From contig NC_068994.1 of the NCBI RefSeq assembly GCF_001194135.2, forward strand, positions 17,360,992 to 17,424,991: a DNA stretch of 64,000 bases, given 5' to 3'. This DNA comes from Octopus bimaculoides (taxonomy: Eukaryota). The notes beneath the pieces were generated by a model, which made no database searches, was not told the origin of the DNA, and was given only the letters and a program-made list of their open reading frames with translations. The translations under genes were made by a program, and so were the position numbers. Below are positions 1 to 12,436 of the stretch, piece after piece; position 1 is the first letter of the stretch, and every line of letters starts with the position of its first letter.

Positions 1-83
1 CACTTAGAAAACACTTTCTCTTAGTAGTTCTTGTAAATATCAGAATTTTAGGAATTATCCAGTCATTAAAAGAAGCATCAATT

Positions 84-410
84 CCACTGTGTGGTACCTT
101 GGGCAAGTATCTTCTACTATAGCCTCAGTCCAACCAAAGCCTTGTGAATGGATTTGGTTGACAGAAACTGAAAGAAGCCCGTCGTATGTCTATATGTATA
201 TGTTTGTGTCTCTGTGTTTGTCCCCCCACCATCGCTTGACAACAGATGTTGGTGTGTTTACGTCCCCATAACTTAGCGGTTTGACAAGAGACCAATAGAA
301 TAAGTACTAGGCTTACAAAGAATAAGTCCTGGGGTTGATTCGTTTGACTAAAGGCAGTGCTCCAGCTTGGTCGTAGTCAAATGACTGAAACAAGTAAAAG
401 AATAAAAGAA
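84..410 (+). mobile_element. tRNA/CORE-type SINE (family A, CR1-like tail), 5'-truncated
   Basis: ggtaccttgggcaagtatcttctactatagcc core ... cagtcaaatgactgaaacaagtaaaag tail; many copies in the window. Confidence 0.85.
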
Positions 411-472
411 AATCAAATGCAAAAAACACACAGAGTTTATGAGAAAGATTTACTGAGTCTGAGACTGATTCT

Positions 473-688
473 TTAACTCTAGCATTTAATCCGGCTCAAA
501 TATTCAACATGCTTAATGTTAAAACTGACCAGATCCAACTTCTCACACCTATACTACACTGTCATTCTTAAAATATACAAACACACTATTGAAATCTTGA
601 AGCTACAGGATAATGTGTGCTTATTTCAAAACAGTGTGAATAAATAAGCAATACATTTGACAAAGAAATCTGAATACTAAAGGGTTAA
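473..688. mobile_element. piggyBac-type MITE (family D)
   Basis: TTAA ends, terminal aatactaaagggTTAA; homologous to the 6980, 9400, 10081 and 36855 copies. Confidence 0.75.
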
Positions 689-1656
689 CAGAGAACAAAG
701 CTAATATAGGAAAATCCAGAGTATAATGTTGGTTTGACTTTAGCATGTCACTGGTATTTAGTTATTGTATCTAAATGATGAAAGGCAAACTCATTCTTGG
801 TAGGATTTGAACTCAGAGTGTAGAATGATGCTGTCAAGATTTTTCATGGGTTTAGTTTTGAGAGATGTGCTAGATGTTCTGTGTAAAGTACATAAGGATG
901 GATTATCAGCAGTATTCTAGTAATCCAAAGGATTTCATACGTCTGTTCTTATTAAAAACTTGGGTCGTTCCCTAATAATCAACCAGTTTATGTTTTGATT
1001 AGGAAATCTTGGGAACTAGCAGAGTTTTCATCTGCTCTATTTTCCTTCATCATTTTCATGATTTCTTCTCACATTTTGAAGGTTCTCAAATCTTTTAACA
1101 ATCTTATCGCCCTTACTTAGTCATATTTTCTTTAATTTGTGTCATATGATTGCATAAGACAGTGAGATGTTAATGAGTTGTCCAAAGAGAACTAATGTGA
1201 CATTAGTAAGAAGACAGTGCACTACTGTTGGTGAAAATGGTTTATAGATATTGGTTTTTCTTGATGTATATTGATCATTCAGTTGCTGAGTTTTCTGATA
1301 GTTTTACATTTGCTCTTTCAAGTGTATTTCTCTTGTGTCTTATCATTTCTCAATCTTTCATTAAACACTTATCTGGCTAATATTTATTGATATACATAGG
1401 AGCTATAACTTTTTCAAGGTTTCACACCTAATAAAAAGTATAAAGAGGTTATAACTTGACCTGCTTGGCAGAAGTTGATACATAAATAATAAAATAATAT
1501 ACTCATTGTAAGTGTTATTTTGTTTCAGAAGTAGAATTCCTCTGAAAGTAAACTAAACAAACATTCATAACTCTCAGTTAGCTTTCTGTCACTTGTCTCA
1601 TCTTGAAGGCAGATATTTTCTTACTGCTATGATACTTTGTATTTTTCTTCCTGTAG

Positions 1657-1698
1657 CCCTCTCAGAATCGATTTTATGACCAAGTATCACAACTGAAG
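1657..1698 (+). CDS. Candidate 42-nt symmetrical cassette exon in a CCDC186 intron (PSQNRFYDQVSQLK)
   Basis: Acceptor tttgtatttttcttcctgtag|, donor AAG|GTTTGT, open only in phase 0; no recognised homology. Confidence 0.25.
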
Positions 1699-2281
1699 GT
1701 TTGTCAGCTCCCTTCTATTCTCTAGACCTTGAAATATTCACAGATTTTGCCTCCTAGCACTCTCTACAACATATTACTTATACCTTTCTCTTTATCTCAT
1801 ATCTGGAATTAATATTTTTGATTTGTATCAGGTCAGATATTTTTTTCCCATTTGGAATAAAAGAAATTAACCAGGCTTTGTTGATCTAATTCTTCTGGCT
1901 TTTAAACCTCATGTTTCTTTCAGAATTACAAGAAGTAAAATCTAATTAATGGTTTAGGGAAAATGATTTTATGCATGCTTCTGCTTTCATAACTCTCCTA
2001 GTCAACTTTTAACTGTGTTCTTTGTGCATGCTTGCTTTCAAAACTGATTTTCCTCTTTGCTTTTTATTTACCACTACCAATTATCAATTCTTACTTAACA
2101 TAGCATTATTTCCATGTCTCAAAATCATTTATAAGGTGGCTTTTACATTGGTCAAGAATTTCTGGTTGCTTTTTTCTCACATTTTCTTATTTTTTAATAT
2201 TTACAAATTGCCTTCTTTTCTATCTCTCTCTTTTACTATTTTTGTCTCATTAACTCTTTTCTTATCACTTCTCTTTGTTGA

Positions 2282-2479
<198 letters not shown>

Positions 2480-3117
2480 TAAAAAATTATAAGGAAAACA
2501 AAGCTACATTAATGAATTCTTTTGTTTTGTGCTTGTCAGGATACATTTTTACTGAAATATTTTGCTTTCTCTTAGAGTTTCTTCCTCTCCAAATTTATGT
2601 TTCTAACACCTTTTCATAAGTTCAGTTACTGTGAGAGAGGAAAATATTGAAATTCTTGAACTCTTGCATGAACTCTTCTATTGACTTATTGTTACTGGTA
2701 CAAACCATCACCAGTTTCTTCAGATGCCAGATTTTAATTTAGCCTTAAAGATGTTTTGTACTGCTTCAATTTAATGTAACAAAAATTCCTGTGTTAATTA
2801 GCCAAATATCCTTCCAACAATATATCATGCCAAATATATTGCATGAAATATTGTAGAATAACATAAAATATATCACATTCTGCAGGTGATCATGATAAAT
2901 GAATGGATCCCCCCTCCCTTTTTTGTTAGCAAGACTGGGAGAAGGACACTCTGATATAAAACCACTGGAGAGGTTACCTCCAGGATAATAAAACATGCAA
3001 CCTCCATAATCACCCAGTCATCTTGCCTTGGATATCAGATTTTGGGGGAGGATTGGGTGCTATACATGTTGTACAAGTGTGTGGCGTTGATATTTAAATG
3101 TACAGATATCTCTTCAA

Positions 3118-3193
3118 GTCCCATCGCGATAGAATAGTGGTGGCATGTGCAGGCTTAACAGGCTGGGAGCGCATAGTCACGAATCTGCACGTG
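3118..3193 (+). ncRNA. Degenerate HDV-like (nested double pseudoknot) ribozyme fold in the RTE 5' UTR
   Basis: Helix order P1 gtccca(3118-23), P2 catgtgcag(3144-52), P3 gct, loop, ggc, P1' tgggagc(3164-70), CGAA(3180-83), P2' ctgcacgtg(3185-93). Confidence 0.4.
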
Positions 3194-3825
3194 GGTAGCT
3201 CAGGGCCCATATAATGTCACTGCATTGTTGAAAGAACAGCAGCAGAGCATCTGAGCAGCCCTCTCTAGGGTAGCACTGCTCACCCCAGAAACCTGGGAAA
3301 GGTCTAGAAAAGGATGACCCAAACAAATGTCTGTTCTACCATCAAGCTGGTCAGCAACCTGCAGCTGACAGCTGTTCACTACAGCAGGAGGAATACAAAG
3401 ATAAAACATGCAAGCAAGAAATATAGATTATGGGTAGGTGGATGGAATGTCAGGACATTTCTTGATCATGAAGGGTCAAGTAACTCTGAACAGCGAACTG
3501 GCATAATAGCCAAGGAGTTGGCATCGCCATTGCTGCACTCTCTGAAACTTGGTTGAGTAATAAAGATCAATTGACAGAAACAGGTGTTAGATACACTTTC
3601 TTTTGGAAGGGTAAACCAAAGAGCGAAAAATGAGTAGGAGGTGTTGGCTTTGCCATTCGTACTGAGTTAACTCACAAAATAGAGCAATCTAATGGTTTCA
3701 GTGATAGGATTATGTATCTTCAAGCTCTCCTATCATGTAATCGTTTTATGACTGTTATCTCTGTTTATGCTCCTACTCTTGATAGCAGCAGTGAATCTAT
3801 TATGGATTTCTACAAAATCTTCTAA
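3118..3825 (+). mobile_element. RTE/BovB-clade LINE 5' fragment (5' UTR plus degraded APE endonuclease) in the last CCDC186 intron
   Basis: Across a frameshift and a stop it translates to WVGGWNVRTFLD...RTGIIAKEL / IAALSETW...YTFFWKGKP...GVGFAIR...VISVYAPT, the RTE endonuclease motif series. Confidence 0.85.
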
Positions 3826-4114
3826 TGTTCTTCTGTAAAGAAGTGGCAATCATCATACCATTTGTCTACTGCTACTGTTCAATAACTGGTGTTGGTTTGT
3901 TTACATCCTTGTAACTTAGCAGTCTGACAAAAGAGACCAACAGAATAAGTATTGGGCTGATTTCTTTGACTAAACTATCCAAGGTGGTGCTCCAGCATGG
4001 CTTCAGTCCAATGGCTAAAACAATTAAAAGCTAAATAATCACAATAAAAAGAAAATCTATTTTTAATTTTTCTGCAATAATTACTTTTATCTGTCTCTCT
4101 CTTTCTCTCCACAG

Positions 4115-4198
4115 GACAGCCTTGATACACTGGGTAAGGAAATATCTCGTCTCTCACGAGAGAATCGAAAACTGCAGCTTGAACAACAGAGCCAGTGA
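4115..4198 (+). CDS. CCDC186: CCDC186 last coding exon, DSLDTLGKEISRLSRENRKLQLEQQSQ*
   Basis: Acceptor tctctctctttctctccacag|, phase 0 compatible with the 2464 donor, TGA at 4196-4198; resembles the human ENLQTLGTEIERL ending. Confidence 0.9.
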   Translation, partial: DSLDTLGKEISRLSRENRKLQLEQQSQ

Positions 4199-5183
4199 CA
4201 TCTTTAAAAAAAAATAACAAGGTGTTTATCATATCATCTAAAACAAGCGAAAAAAAAAATTCATGGAATGAAGCTACACACACATACACACAAACATATA
4301 CATCGGTACGAGGAAAATACTTTTTGGAGGTATGAGGAACATTAGAAGAACACGGGATTATGGTTTCCAAAAAATTTGACATACCAACTAAACAATAGCC
4401 ACAAAATCCTATCTTCTGTTAAAGTAACTACTTCCTTATAATCTTGCATTATTTTCACAGTATATATTTGTGTGTGTGTGTCTGTTTGTGTACATGCATG
4501 CCGGTGTGTGTGTTTGTGTGTGAGTGCACATACAAATTAGTGTGTGAATTTTTCAGCAAGATCTCCTATATTCTTCACAAATATGAATTCACTAAAGAAG
4601 TATATAACACACATGTTTCTGTACATATAATTATATAGAATGCAAACACTGGATGACTGTGAAGCTGTGTGTGTTTCTCTATGATTTTCTGTAAATGAAC
4701 ATATACATGTGTGCATCATGAGTCAGTGAAAAGAAGAAAAACGAAAATCGGTTGAGTTTATATATTCAAACTTCAAAATCTACTTTGAAAGTTCTTTTTG
4801 CAAACCATTAGAATTTGCTAAAACCAAAAAAATATATTGTTCATCAAGATTGCATAAACTCATCTTATTTTTATAAAAAATACTTTCATTTACATGGATC
4901 CTCTCTCTTTATATATAATGTACGTGAATATATATATTTAGGAGTATGCATAAATTTATATATATATAGACACATACGCACACACACATATTGGATGCAT
5001 GCACACAGACATGCAGGTATGTGTGGGTATAGCTATGTATATATGTGTGTGTGGATGTATAGCTATATATGTGCATGTGTTTGTGTGTATAACTATATAT
5101 ATATAAATGGATGGATATGTGTGTGTGTATGTATATATAAGTATATATATATGTATACACATATGTATATGGGTACATATGTA

Positions 5184-5237
<54 letters not shown>

Positions 5238-5524
5238 TATACATAATGATTTTAAATAAATAATTTTAGAGCAGTCAAAAGAACTCTTTTTGTGCATTTG
5301 TTGGTTGTGAACAACAATCGAAACTCTTCTGAATTACTGCTTTCAGACTTTGGCACTGATTTAGAAAAACAAACAAAAAAAAGCAAATAAAAAAAAAAAG
5401 GAAAGAAAAAAATGGAAAACTGATCCTGTGTAGACATATTTATTCATTTATTTTCTGAACAATGCCTGAACATATCTTGTCCATACAAGAAATCCTTCAA
5501 GTTTTAAAAATTGCATAGTGCTTC

Positions 5525-6225
5525 NNNNNNNNNNNNNNNNNNNNNNNNNNNNNNNNNNNNNNNNNNNNNNNNNNNNNNNNNNNNNNNNNNNNNNNNNNNN
5601 NNNNNNNNNNNNNNNNNNNNNNNNNNNNNNNNNNNNNNNNNNNNNNNNNNNNNNNNNNNNNNNNNNNNNNNNNNNNNNNNNNNNNNNNNNNNNNNNNNNN
5701 NNNNNNNNNNNNNNNNNNNNNNNNNNNNNNNNNNNNNNNNNNNNNNNNNNNNNNNNNNNNNNNNNNNNNNNNNNNNNNNNNNNNNNNNNNNNNNNNNNNN
5801 NNNNNNNNNNNNNNNNNNNNNNNNNNNNNNNNNNNNNNNNNNNNNNNNNNNNNNNNNNNNNNNNNNNNNNNNNNNNNNNNNNNNNNNNNNNNNNNNNNNN
5901 NNNNNNNNNNNNNNNNNNNNNNNNNNNNNNNNNNNNNNNNNNNNNNNNNNNNNNNNNNNNNNNNNNNNNNNNNNNNNNNNNNNNNNNNNNNNNNNNNNNN
6001 NNNNNNNNNNNNNNNNNNNNNNNNNNNNNNNNNNNNNNNNNNNNNNNNNNNNNNNNNNNNNNNNNNNNNNNNNNNNNNNNNNNNNNNNNNNNNNNNNNNN
6101 NNNNNNNNNNNNNNNNNNNNNNNNNNNNNNNNNNNNNNNNNNNNNNNNNNNNNNNNNNNNNNNNNNNNNNNNNNNNNNNNNNNNNNNNNNNNNNNNNNNN
6201 NNNNNNNNNNNNNNNNNNNNNNNNN
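5525..6225. other. Assembly gap (others: 23035-23069, 29797-30118, 36655-36773, 40069-40078, 51483-51734, 56443-56452, 62589-63080)
   Basis: Runs of N, mostly flanked by microsatellites or young repeats. Confidence 1.
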
Positions 6226-6567
6226 CGTGGCACCTTGGGCAAGTGTCTTCTACCATAGCCTCGGGCCGACCAAAGCCTCGTGAGTGGATTTGGTAGACGG
6301 AAACTGAAAGAAGCCCGTCGTATATATGTATATATATGTATGTGTGTGTGTATGTGTATATGTTTGTATGTCTGTGTTTGTCCCCCCAACATCGCTTGAC
6401 AACCGATGCTGGTGTGTTTATGTCCTCGTAACTTAGCGGTTCGGCAAAAGAGACCGATAGAATAAGTACTAGGCTTATAAAGAATAAGTCCTGGGGTCGA
6501 TTTGCTCGACTAAAGGTGGTGCTCCAGCATGGCCACAGTCAAATGACTGAAACAAGTAAAAGAGTAA
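6226..6567 (+). mobile_element. Family A SINE, young (CpGs intact), 5' end lost in the gap
   Basis: Near-identical to the 51137-51872 copy; core and tail intact. Confidence 0.9.
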
Positions 6568-6979
6568 ACTCTTTTGTTTTTAAATCACAGTTAAAAATAC
6601 AGTCTGAATTTTTGGCTTAAATCCTAGCTATAGACCATTAAATGTATTTATGGGGAGAGGGATATTAAAAAACATCAAAGTGTCAGTGACAAACAAACAA
6701 AAACAGTATGAGATGGTTGTGAGATGTGCTAAAAATAACAGTTAAATACCCACTAAATCACAAAAAAAAAAATATTTTTTCATTCTTATTTTTGCTTTAG
6801 TCATATGATTTCCCATGTGTAAAACACAAATTCACGAACATTTTCTGAAAATTCAAAGAAATAAGGAAGTTATGAAGGGTTATATAGCATGTGTAAACCA
6901 GAATTCTGCCTCTCTTAGAACTAATAAATACCTTGCTGCATATGAAACGTCTAACCTCCCATCAGTATATTTTTAGACA

Positions 6980-7589
6980 TTAACCCTTTCACATTTGAAC
7001 TGGCCACATCAGGCAAAAAAGTTTTGTCTGTCTTTTGTTCGACCTCTCACATCTACCTTACAATGTTGTTCTAAAAAATAAACAATCGCATCATTAAAAT
7101 CTTGAAGCTACGTAATAAATGCATGTTTATTTCAAAACAATCATCATCATCATCATTTAATGTTTGCTTTCCATGCTGGCATGGGTTGGACAGTTTGACA
7201 TGAGCGGGTCATCTGAAGAACTGCCCCAGCTCCATGTCTGTTTTGGCATGGTTTTTTTATGGCTGGATGCCCTTCCTAACACCAACCACTTTACAGAGTG
7301 TACTGGGTACTTTTACACAGCACTGACATGGGTGCATTTGTGTTGCACCAGCACCCACAAGCCTGCAAGATTAGGAACACCCAGCTGTAGAGGGATGCAG
7401 GGGACATACCTGTATGCAAGGACCCTGTCATCCCCCACTGTGAGGCCCAACATCTGAAGATCCTTTCTCACCATTTTGTTCTATGTCTTCCTGGGTCTAC
7501 CCCTTCCACATGTTCCCTCCACAATGAGAGATCAATGTGAAGAAATAAACATTACATTTGACAAAGTAATCTTAATGCTAAAGGGTTAA
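6980..7589. mobile_element. Family D MITE split by a family C SINE
   Basis: TTAAccctttcacatt ... aatgctaaagggTTAA; halves colinear with the intact copy. Confidence 0.75.
7141..7535 (-). mobile_element. Family C retroposon (catggaaa..gacattaaatgatgatgat tail), inserted in a TTAA MITE
   Basis: Similar copies at about 22395, 30155, 34825, 36190, 38885, 41410, 48540 and 50460. Confidence 0.75.
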
Positions 7590-8254
7590 CTTATATGATA
7601 TCATATTCGTACCTACATAGGGGTATCAAGGAGGATGCCTCTACGTGGTTTCTCAATTTGCTAGAAATAGCAGCTAAGTATACCTCAACTCATATTCCAC
7701 CATCTTAAATAACAAAAGGTTGCATTAGAAAATGTACTCCCATATGCCCCTTAAAAGCAAGACAGCCATGGGTGGAATGCTTTTGATCATTTTGCATGCT
7801 GGATCAGGGCTGACCTTGACTAAATAAGAGCAACAAGAGATTCTTTCTAGCATGACATGATTCTGTCTGTAATGAAGACATTCCAACAGATTCTTGCTAC
7901 AAACATTACTGTGAACCAAACTTTGTTAAATCTTAACCTACTGTAAGAGCCATTCCCATTTTGGCTCTTACATCTTTATCTTCCAAAAATTTGAGTGGTT
8001 GATTTTGAAGTTATTTCCTTTGATTGCTAATTTTAGATTTTTAACACTTCTTAGGTGAAGTTTTGGTCTATCAATTATATGGATAAGCTTAGCTAACCAA
8101 AGTTTTCCATCTCAATATATCAAATCTCTGAGTATAATATAGTTTGCGCAACAGAAGTTGGTTCTCTTTAGCAAAGCATAACATGGCACGAGCCAATTGA
8201 ACACCCAGAAGAACTAATTGCATCATTGGTCTAGCTGTGTCTCTTTGCATTATT

Positions 8255-8680
8255 GTATGCTGGCAGAATTATTAGCATGCCAAGCAAAATACTTAGTAGC
8301 ATTTCGTCCATCTTTACTTTCCGAGTTCAAATGCTGCCGAGATCAACTTTGCCTTTCATCCTTTCAGGGTTGATAAAGTACCAGTTGAGTATTGGGATCA
8401 ATGTAATCAACCTTCCCCCTCCCACAAAATTCTGGCCTTGTGTCTATAATAGAAAGGATTATTGTATGACTTGCAGCGAGCTGGCAAAATCATTAGCATG
8501 CCAGACTAATTACTTAGTGGCATTTCTTCGGGTCTTACATTCTGTGTTCAAATTCTGCTGGGGTTGCTTTGCTTTTCAAGGTTGATGGAATAAGTACCAG
8601 TTGAGCATTGGAGTCAATATAATAGACTATCATCCTCCTCAAAAGTTTCAGGCCCTTTACCTATATAGAAAGGATTATTG
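8255..8680 (+). mobile_element. Two tandem decayed family B SINEs (MetaSINE-like domain)
   Basis: gctggcagaatt...ttgcctttcatcctttcagggttgataaagtaccag occurs twice. Confidence 0.7.
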
Positions 8681-8989
8681 CATGATTACCTCATAGATAT
8701 ATGCCACATACTCCATACTTCATATCATACTTCCAAATTTCAAAAAAATTATACAACTCACTCCCATCTGAAAAAAAAAAATGTGTAAAGTGATGGCAAA
8801 TTCCCTGATTTGCATCATTTCTGATGACCACATTTCTGTATGATGTTACTTTAAGCTGATTAAGAAATACGTAGAAATTCTCTCTTTGTCTTAGTGACAA
8901 TAATGATGGCAGATATGCATTGACATTGATAATTTACTTAAGATTAACAATCATCTTAGATAAATCAGGATCTCCTCCTTTGTTGTTAC

Positions 8990-9300
8990 TTGAGCATTAG
9001 GCTCACAATCATGAGGTAGTGAGTTCGATTCCTGAACTTGGCTGTGTGTTGTGTTTTTGAGCAAGATACTTTATTTCACATTACACCAGCTCACTCAGCT
9101 GTAGAAATGAGTTGCAACATCACTTGGTGCCAAGCTGTATCAGCCTTTACCTTTCTCTTGACATCAGTGGCATGGAGAGGGGAGGCTGGAATGCATGAGC
9201 GACTGCTGGTCTTCCATAAACAACCTTGCCTGGGCTTGTGCCTCGGAGGGAAACTTTCTAGGTGCAATCCCATGGTCATTCGTGACTGAAGGGGGTCTTC
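8990..9300 (+). mobile_element. Family H tRNA-derived SINE
   Basis: Head gagttcgattcc, gagcaagatactttatttcac core; related copies near 35215 (-), 44090 (-) and 63690 (+). Confidence 0.6.
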
Positions 9301-9399
9301 ACATCTTCCGTCCTTGTTTGATATATAACTAATACTAAGAAAAAAAAACATATTTCTAGTTCAATGCAAACCCCAACATTTACAGACTTCACAATCTCT

Positions 9400-9594
9400 T
9401 TAACCCTATAATATTTAAACATAGGCGCAGGAGTGGCTGTGTGGTAAGTAGCTTGCTTACCAACCACATGGTTTCGGGTTCAGTCCCACTGTATGGCATC
9501 TTGGGCAAGTGTCTTCTACTATAGCCTCAGGCCGACCAAAGCTTTGTGAGTGGATTTAGTAGACGGAAACTGAAAGAAGCCCATCGTATATATG

Positions 9595-9625
<31 letters not shown>

Positions 9626-10018
9626 ATGTTTGTGTTTGTCCCCCTAGCATTGCTTGACAACCGATGCTGGTGTGTTTATGTCACTTAGCGGTTCGGCAAA
9701 AGAGACCGATAGAATAAGTACTAGGCTTCCAAAGAATAAGTCCCGGGGTCGATTTGCTCGACTAAAGGTGGTGCTACAGCATGGCCGCAGTCAAATGACT
9801 GAAACAAGTAAAAGAATAAACCAGTTATATCTGGCCCGAATATTCTACCTGTTCTATGTTCAAACTAGCCAGATCCAAGCTCTCATATCTACCCTGCATT
9901 CTAAAATCAAATGCATCACTGAAATCTTGAAGCTACATGATAATGCACGATTAATTCAAAACAATGTGAATATATAAGCATTATAATTGACAGAGTAATC
10001 TGAATGCTAAAGGGTTAA
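9400..10018. mobile_element. Family D MITE split by a family A SINE
   Basis: Left end TTAAccctataatatttaaac, remainder 9820-10018 ending aaagggTTAA. Confidence 0.75.
9421..9820 (+). mobile_element. Family A SINE, full length, inserted in a TTAA MITE
   Basis: tRNA-like head gcaggagtggctgtgtggtaag...gggttcagtccc, core, internal microsatellite, tail. Confidence 0.9.
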
Positions 10019-10080
10019 ATTCATAAAAGCAAATAAAATTGTGTCAGGTTCATCTAAAAAATTAACAATTGTTAGGAATA

Positions 10081-10679
10081 TTACCCCTTTAGTATTTAAA
10101 CTAGCTATACCCAGCCCGATTATTCTATCTGATCCAAACTCTCTCACTTAACCAACAATATCATTCTAAAAATATTTGATCACATCATTAAAATCTCAAA
10201 GATAAGGCATGATAAATTCAAAACAATAAATAAACATTAGGCAAAGGCATGGCTGTGTGGTAAGAAGTTTGCTTCCGAACTACATGGTTCTGGGTTCAGT
10301 CCCACTTCATGGCACTTTGGGCAAGTGTCTTCTACTATAATCTCAGGCCGACCAAAGCTTTGTGAATGAATTTGGTAGACGGAAACTGAAAGAAGCCTGT
10401 CGTATGTGTGTGCGTGTGGCTTTGTATCTATGTTTGTCCCTCCCCCATCATGACTTGACAACCAGTGCTGGTGTGTTTATGTCCTTGTAAATTAGTGGTT
10501 TGGCAAAGGAGACTGATAGAATAAGTATTAGACTTATAGATAAGTCCTAGGGTTGATTTGTTCAACTAAAGCCCTTCAAGGTGGCACTCCAGCATGGCTG
10601 CAGTTAAATGACTGAAACAAGTAAAAGAATAAAAGAAAGAATTACATTTGACAGAGTAATCTGAATGCTGAATGGTTAA
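10081..10679. mobile_element. Family D MITE split by a family A SINE
   Basis: Left part 10081-10240, right part 10641-10679. Confidence 0.7.
10243..10640 (+). mobile_element. Family A SINE, full length, inserted in a TTAA MITE
   Basis: Same head, core and tail as the 9421 copy. Confidence 0.9.
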
Positions 10680-11157
10680 CTTGTTGGTTTAGCTCACAAC
10701 TAGCTCTCGAAGCAAGAATCATTCAAAGTTATAAAGAAAATAATGATTACAAAAAACAAAAACACAATAATCTGAAAATGGAAACGATTTAATTTTCATT
10801 ATAGGTTCCTTAGTATAAAATACATTTTCTAAAGCCTAGAAAAGATGCAACAAGGAAATTTAAAACTTAGTGACAAGAAGATAATTAAACAATATTATCT
10901 ATTTAATCTATACTACACTACATCAGAGGTAAGGCACTTGTAGCTTTTGCAGTCCTTACATGTTGTCTTCTGGAAGAAGTTTGGATTTTGCAATGGTTCT
11001 AACCAGCAATCAACAAACATGGCCTCATTTTAGTGAAGATTAATTCTTATTCTATTAATTTTACTAATTTTGAGTAATCATGTAGAAGTGCCTTCTTTGG
11101 CTCATAGGGCACCAGCATTATTGTTTAGTGGTGAATTCATATGCTCTTTATTTACAG

Positions 11158-11263
11158 TTAGGTTAGTTGGGCCATAATGTAATCTCTACCACTGAGCTGA
11201 CACTGTGCCAGCAACAGGAGACTGTCATCAATCTCTTTTAGCGCATAGGCTGTTGCTGTTAAT
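11158..11263 (-). CDS. Candidate terminal exon of a minus-strand gene (LTATAYALKEIDDSLLLLAQCQLSGRDYIMAQLT*)
   Basis: Acceptor ttttatttgttcaccttcag|, phase 2 start, TAA at 11160-11158, AATAAA 5 nt further on. Confidence 0.6.
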
Positions 11264-12004
11264 CTGAAGGTGAACAAATAAAATTACAGGAATAACTCAT
11301 ATTTAATTTAAATACCATTAATAGAGTAACTGAATAATGTTTTGAGTTACTTATTATCTGACAAAGCAAGACTTGTATACAATGACAGCACAATCTTATT
11401 ATAATGATGAATTATATGTATATATGGGGCTGAAAAAGAAACCTCACCTGCCCTAAGATAAAACTGAGATCATATCTAAATGCAACAACTTCAAAGAGGT
11501 AATGAACTGCTAAGCCTGCTTGCAGTTCAATCACCTCATTGAAAGAGATATGAAGGAAAGTGTAAATCGGAAAGATGAAAAGAACACTATTGGTCATTTG
11601 TATATTTTTTTTAAACAAGTAGCCAACAAGTGGCCATTCAATCTGCAGAAAATAGCAACCAAAACACTCGCATATTACAATATATTAAATAAACCTATTT
11701 TGAATAATGTATTTCCTGATATACTACTGGGATTATCACATCTAGAATATATTTTATCATTGTTTAGTTTCTCAACAAAGTTTTCATAGAGCCAACAAGG
11801 GAAGATTCTCTCATGGGCATGCAACCTGGTGGATACAACAGTCAAATTTCCCTGAAATCAGAACTCTCCATTTTAAAAGGACAGACTGGAAAACATAGTC
11901 CTATATATATACATATATATATACATATATATATATAGTAAGTAGAATAAGAAATAGAAAGTCCTTGGTACAGTATAATATATATATATATATATGTGTG
12001 TGTT

Positions 12005-12345
12005 TGTGTGTGGAGGGTCATAGGATCGCAGTTTCGATTCCCAGACTGGGCGTTGTGAGTGTTTATTGAGTGAAAGCACCTAAAGCTCCACGAGGCTCTG
12101 GCAGGGAGTGGTGGTGAACCCTGCTGTACTCTTTCACCACAACTTTCTCTCACTCTTTCTTCCTGTTTCTGCTGTAGCTGTATTTCAAAGAGCCAGCCTT
12201 GTCATGCTGAATCTCCTCAAGAACTACGTTAAGGGTACACGTGTCTGTGGAGTGCTCAGACACTTGCACATTAATTTCACGAGCAGGCTGTTCCATTGAT
12301 CGGATCAACTGGAACCCTCGTCATCATAACCGATAGAGTGCCACG
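12005..12345 (+). mobile_element. Family G SINE, 5'-truncated, flanked by an approximately 40-bp duplication
   Basis: Colinear with the 35497-35886 copy. Confidence 0.85.
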
Positions 12346-12436
12346 ATATATATATATAGTAGAATAAGAATAGAAAGTCCTTGGTACAGTATTATATATA
12401 TATATATATATACAGACAAGATGTGTGTGCATAATA

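Noticed and set aside
1924-1938. Possible terminal exon NYKK* after tttctttcag
   Set aside because: CCDC186 clearly continues to 2315 and 4115.
2641-2688. ENIEILELLHELFY* as the last CCDC186 exon
   Set aside because: No pyrimidine tract; the 4115 exon fits far better.
8089-8250. 53-aa minus-strand ORF (MQRDTARPMMQLVLLGVQLARAM...)
   Set aside because: No splice signals or recognised homology; its 5' end abuts a SINE.
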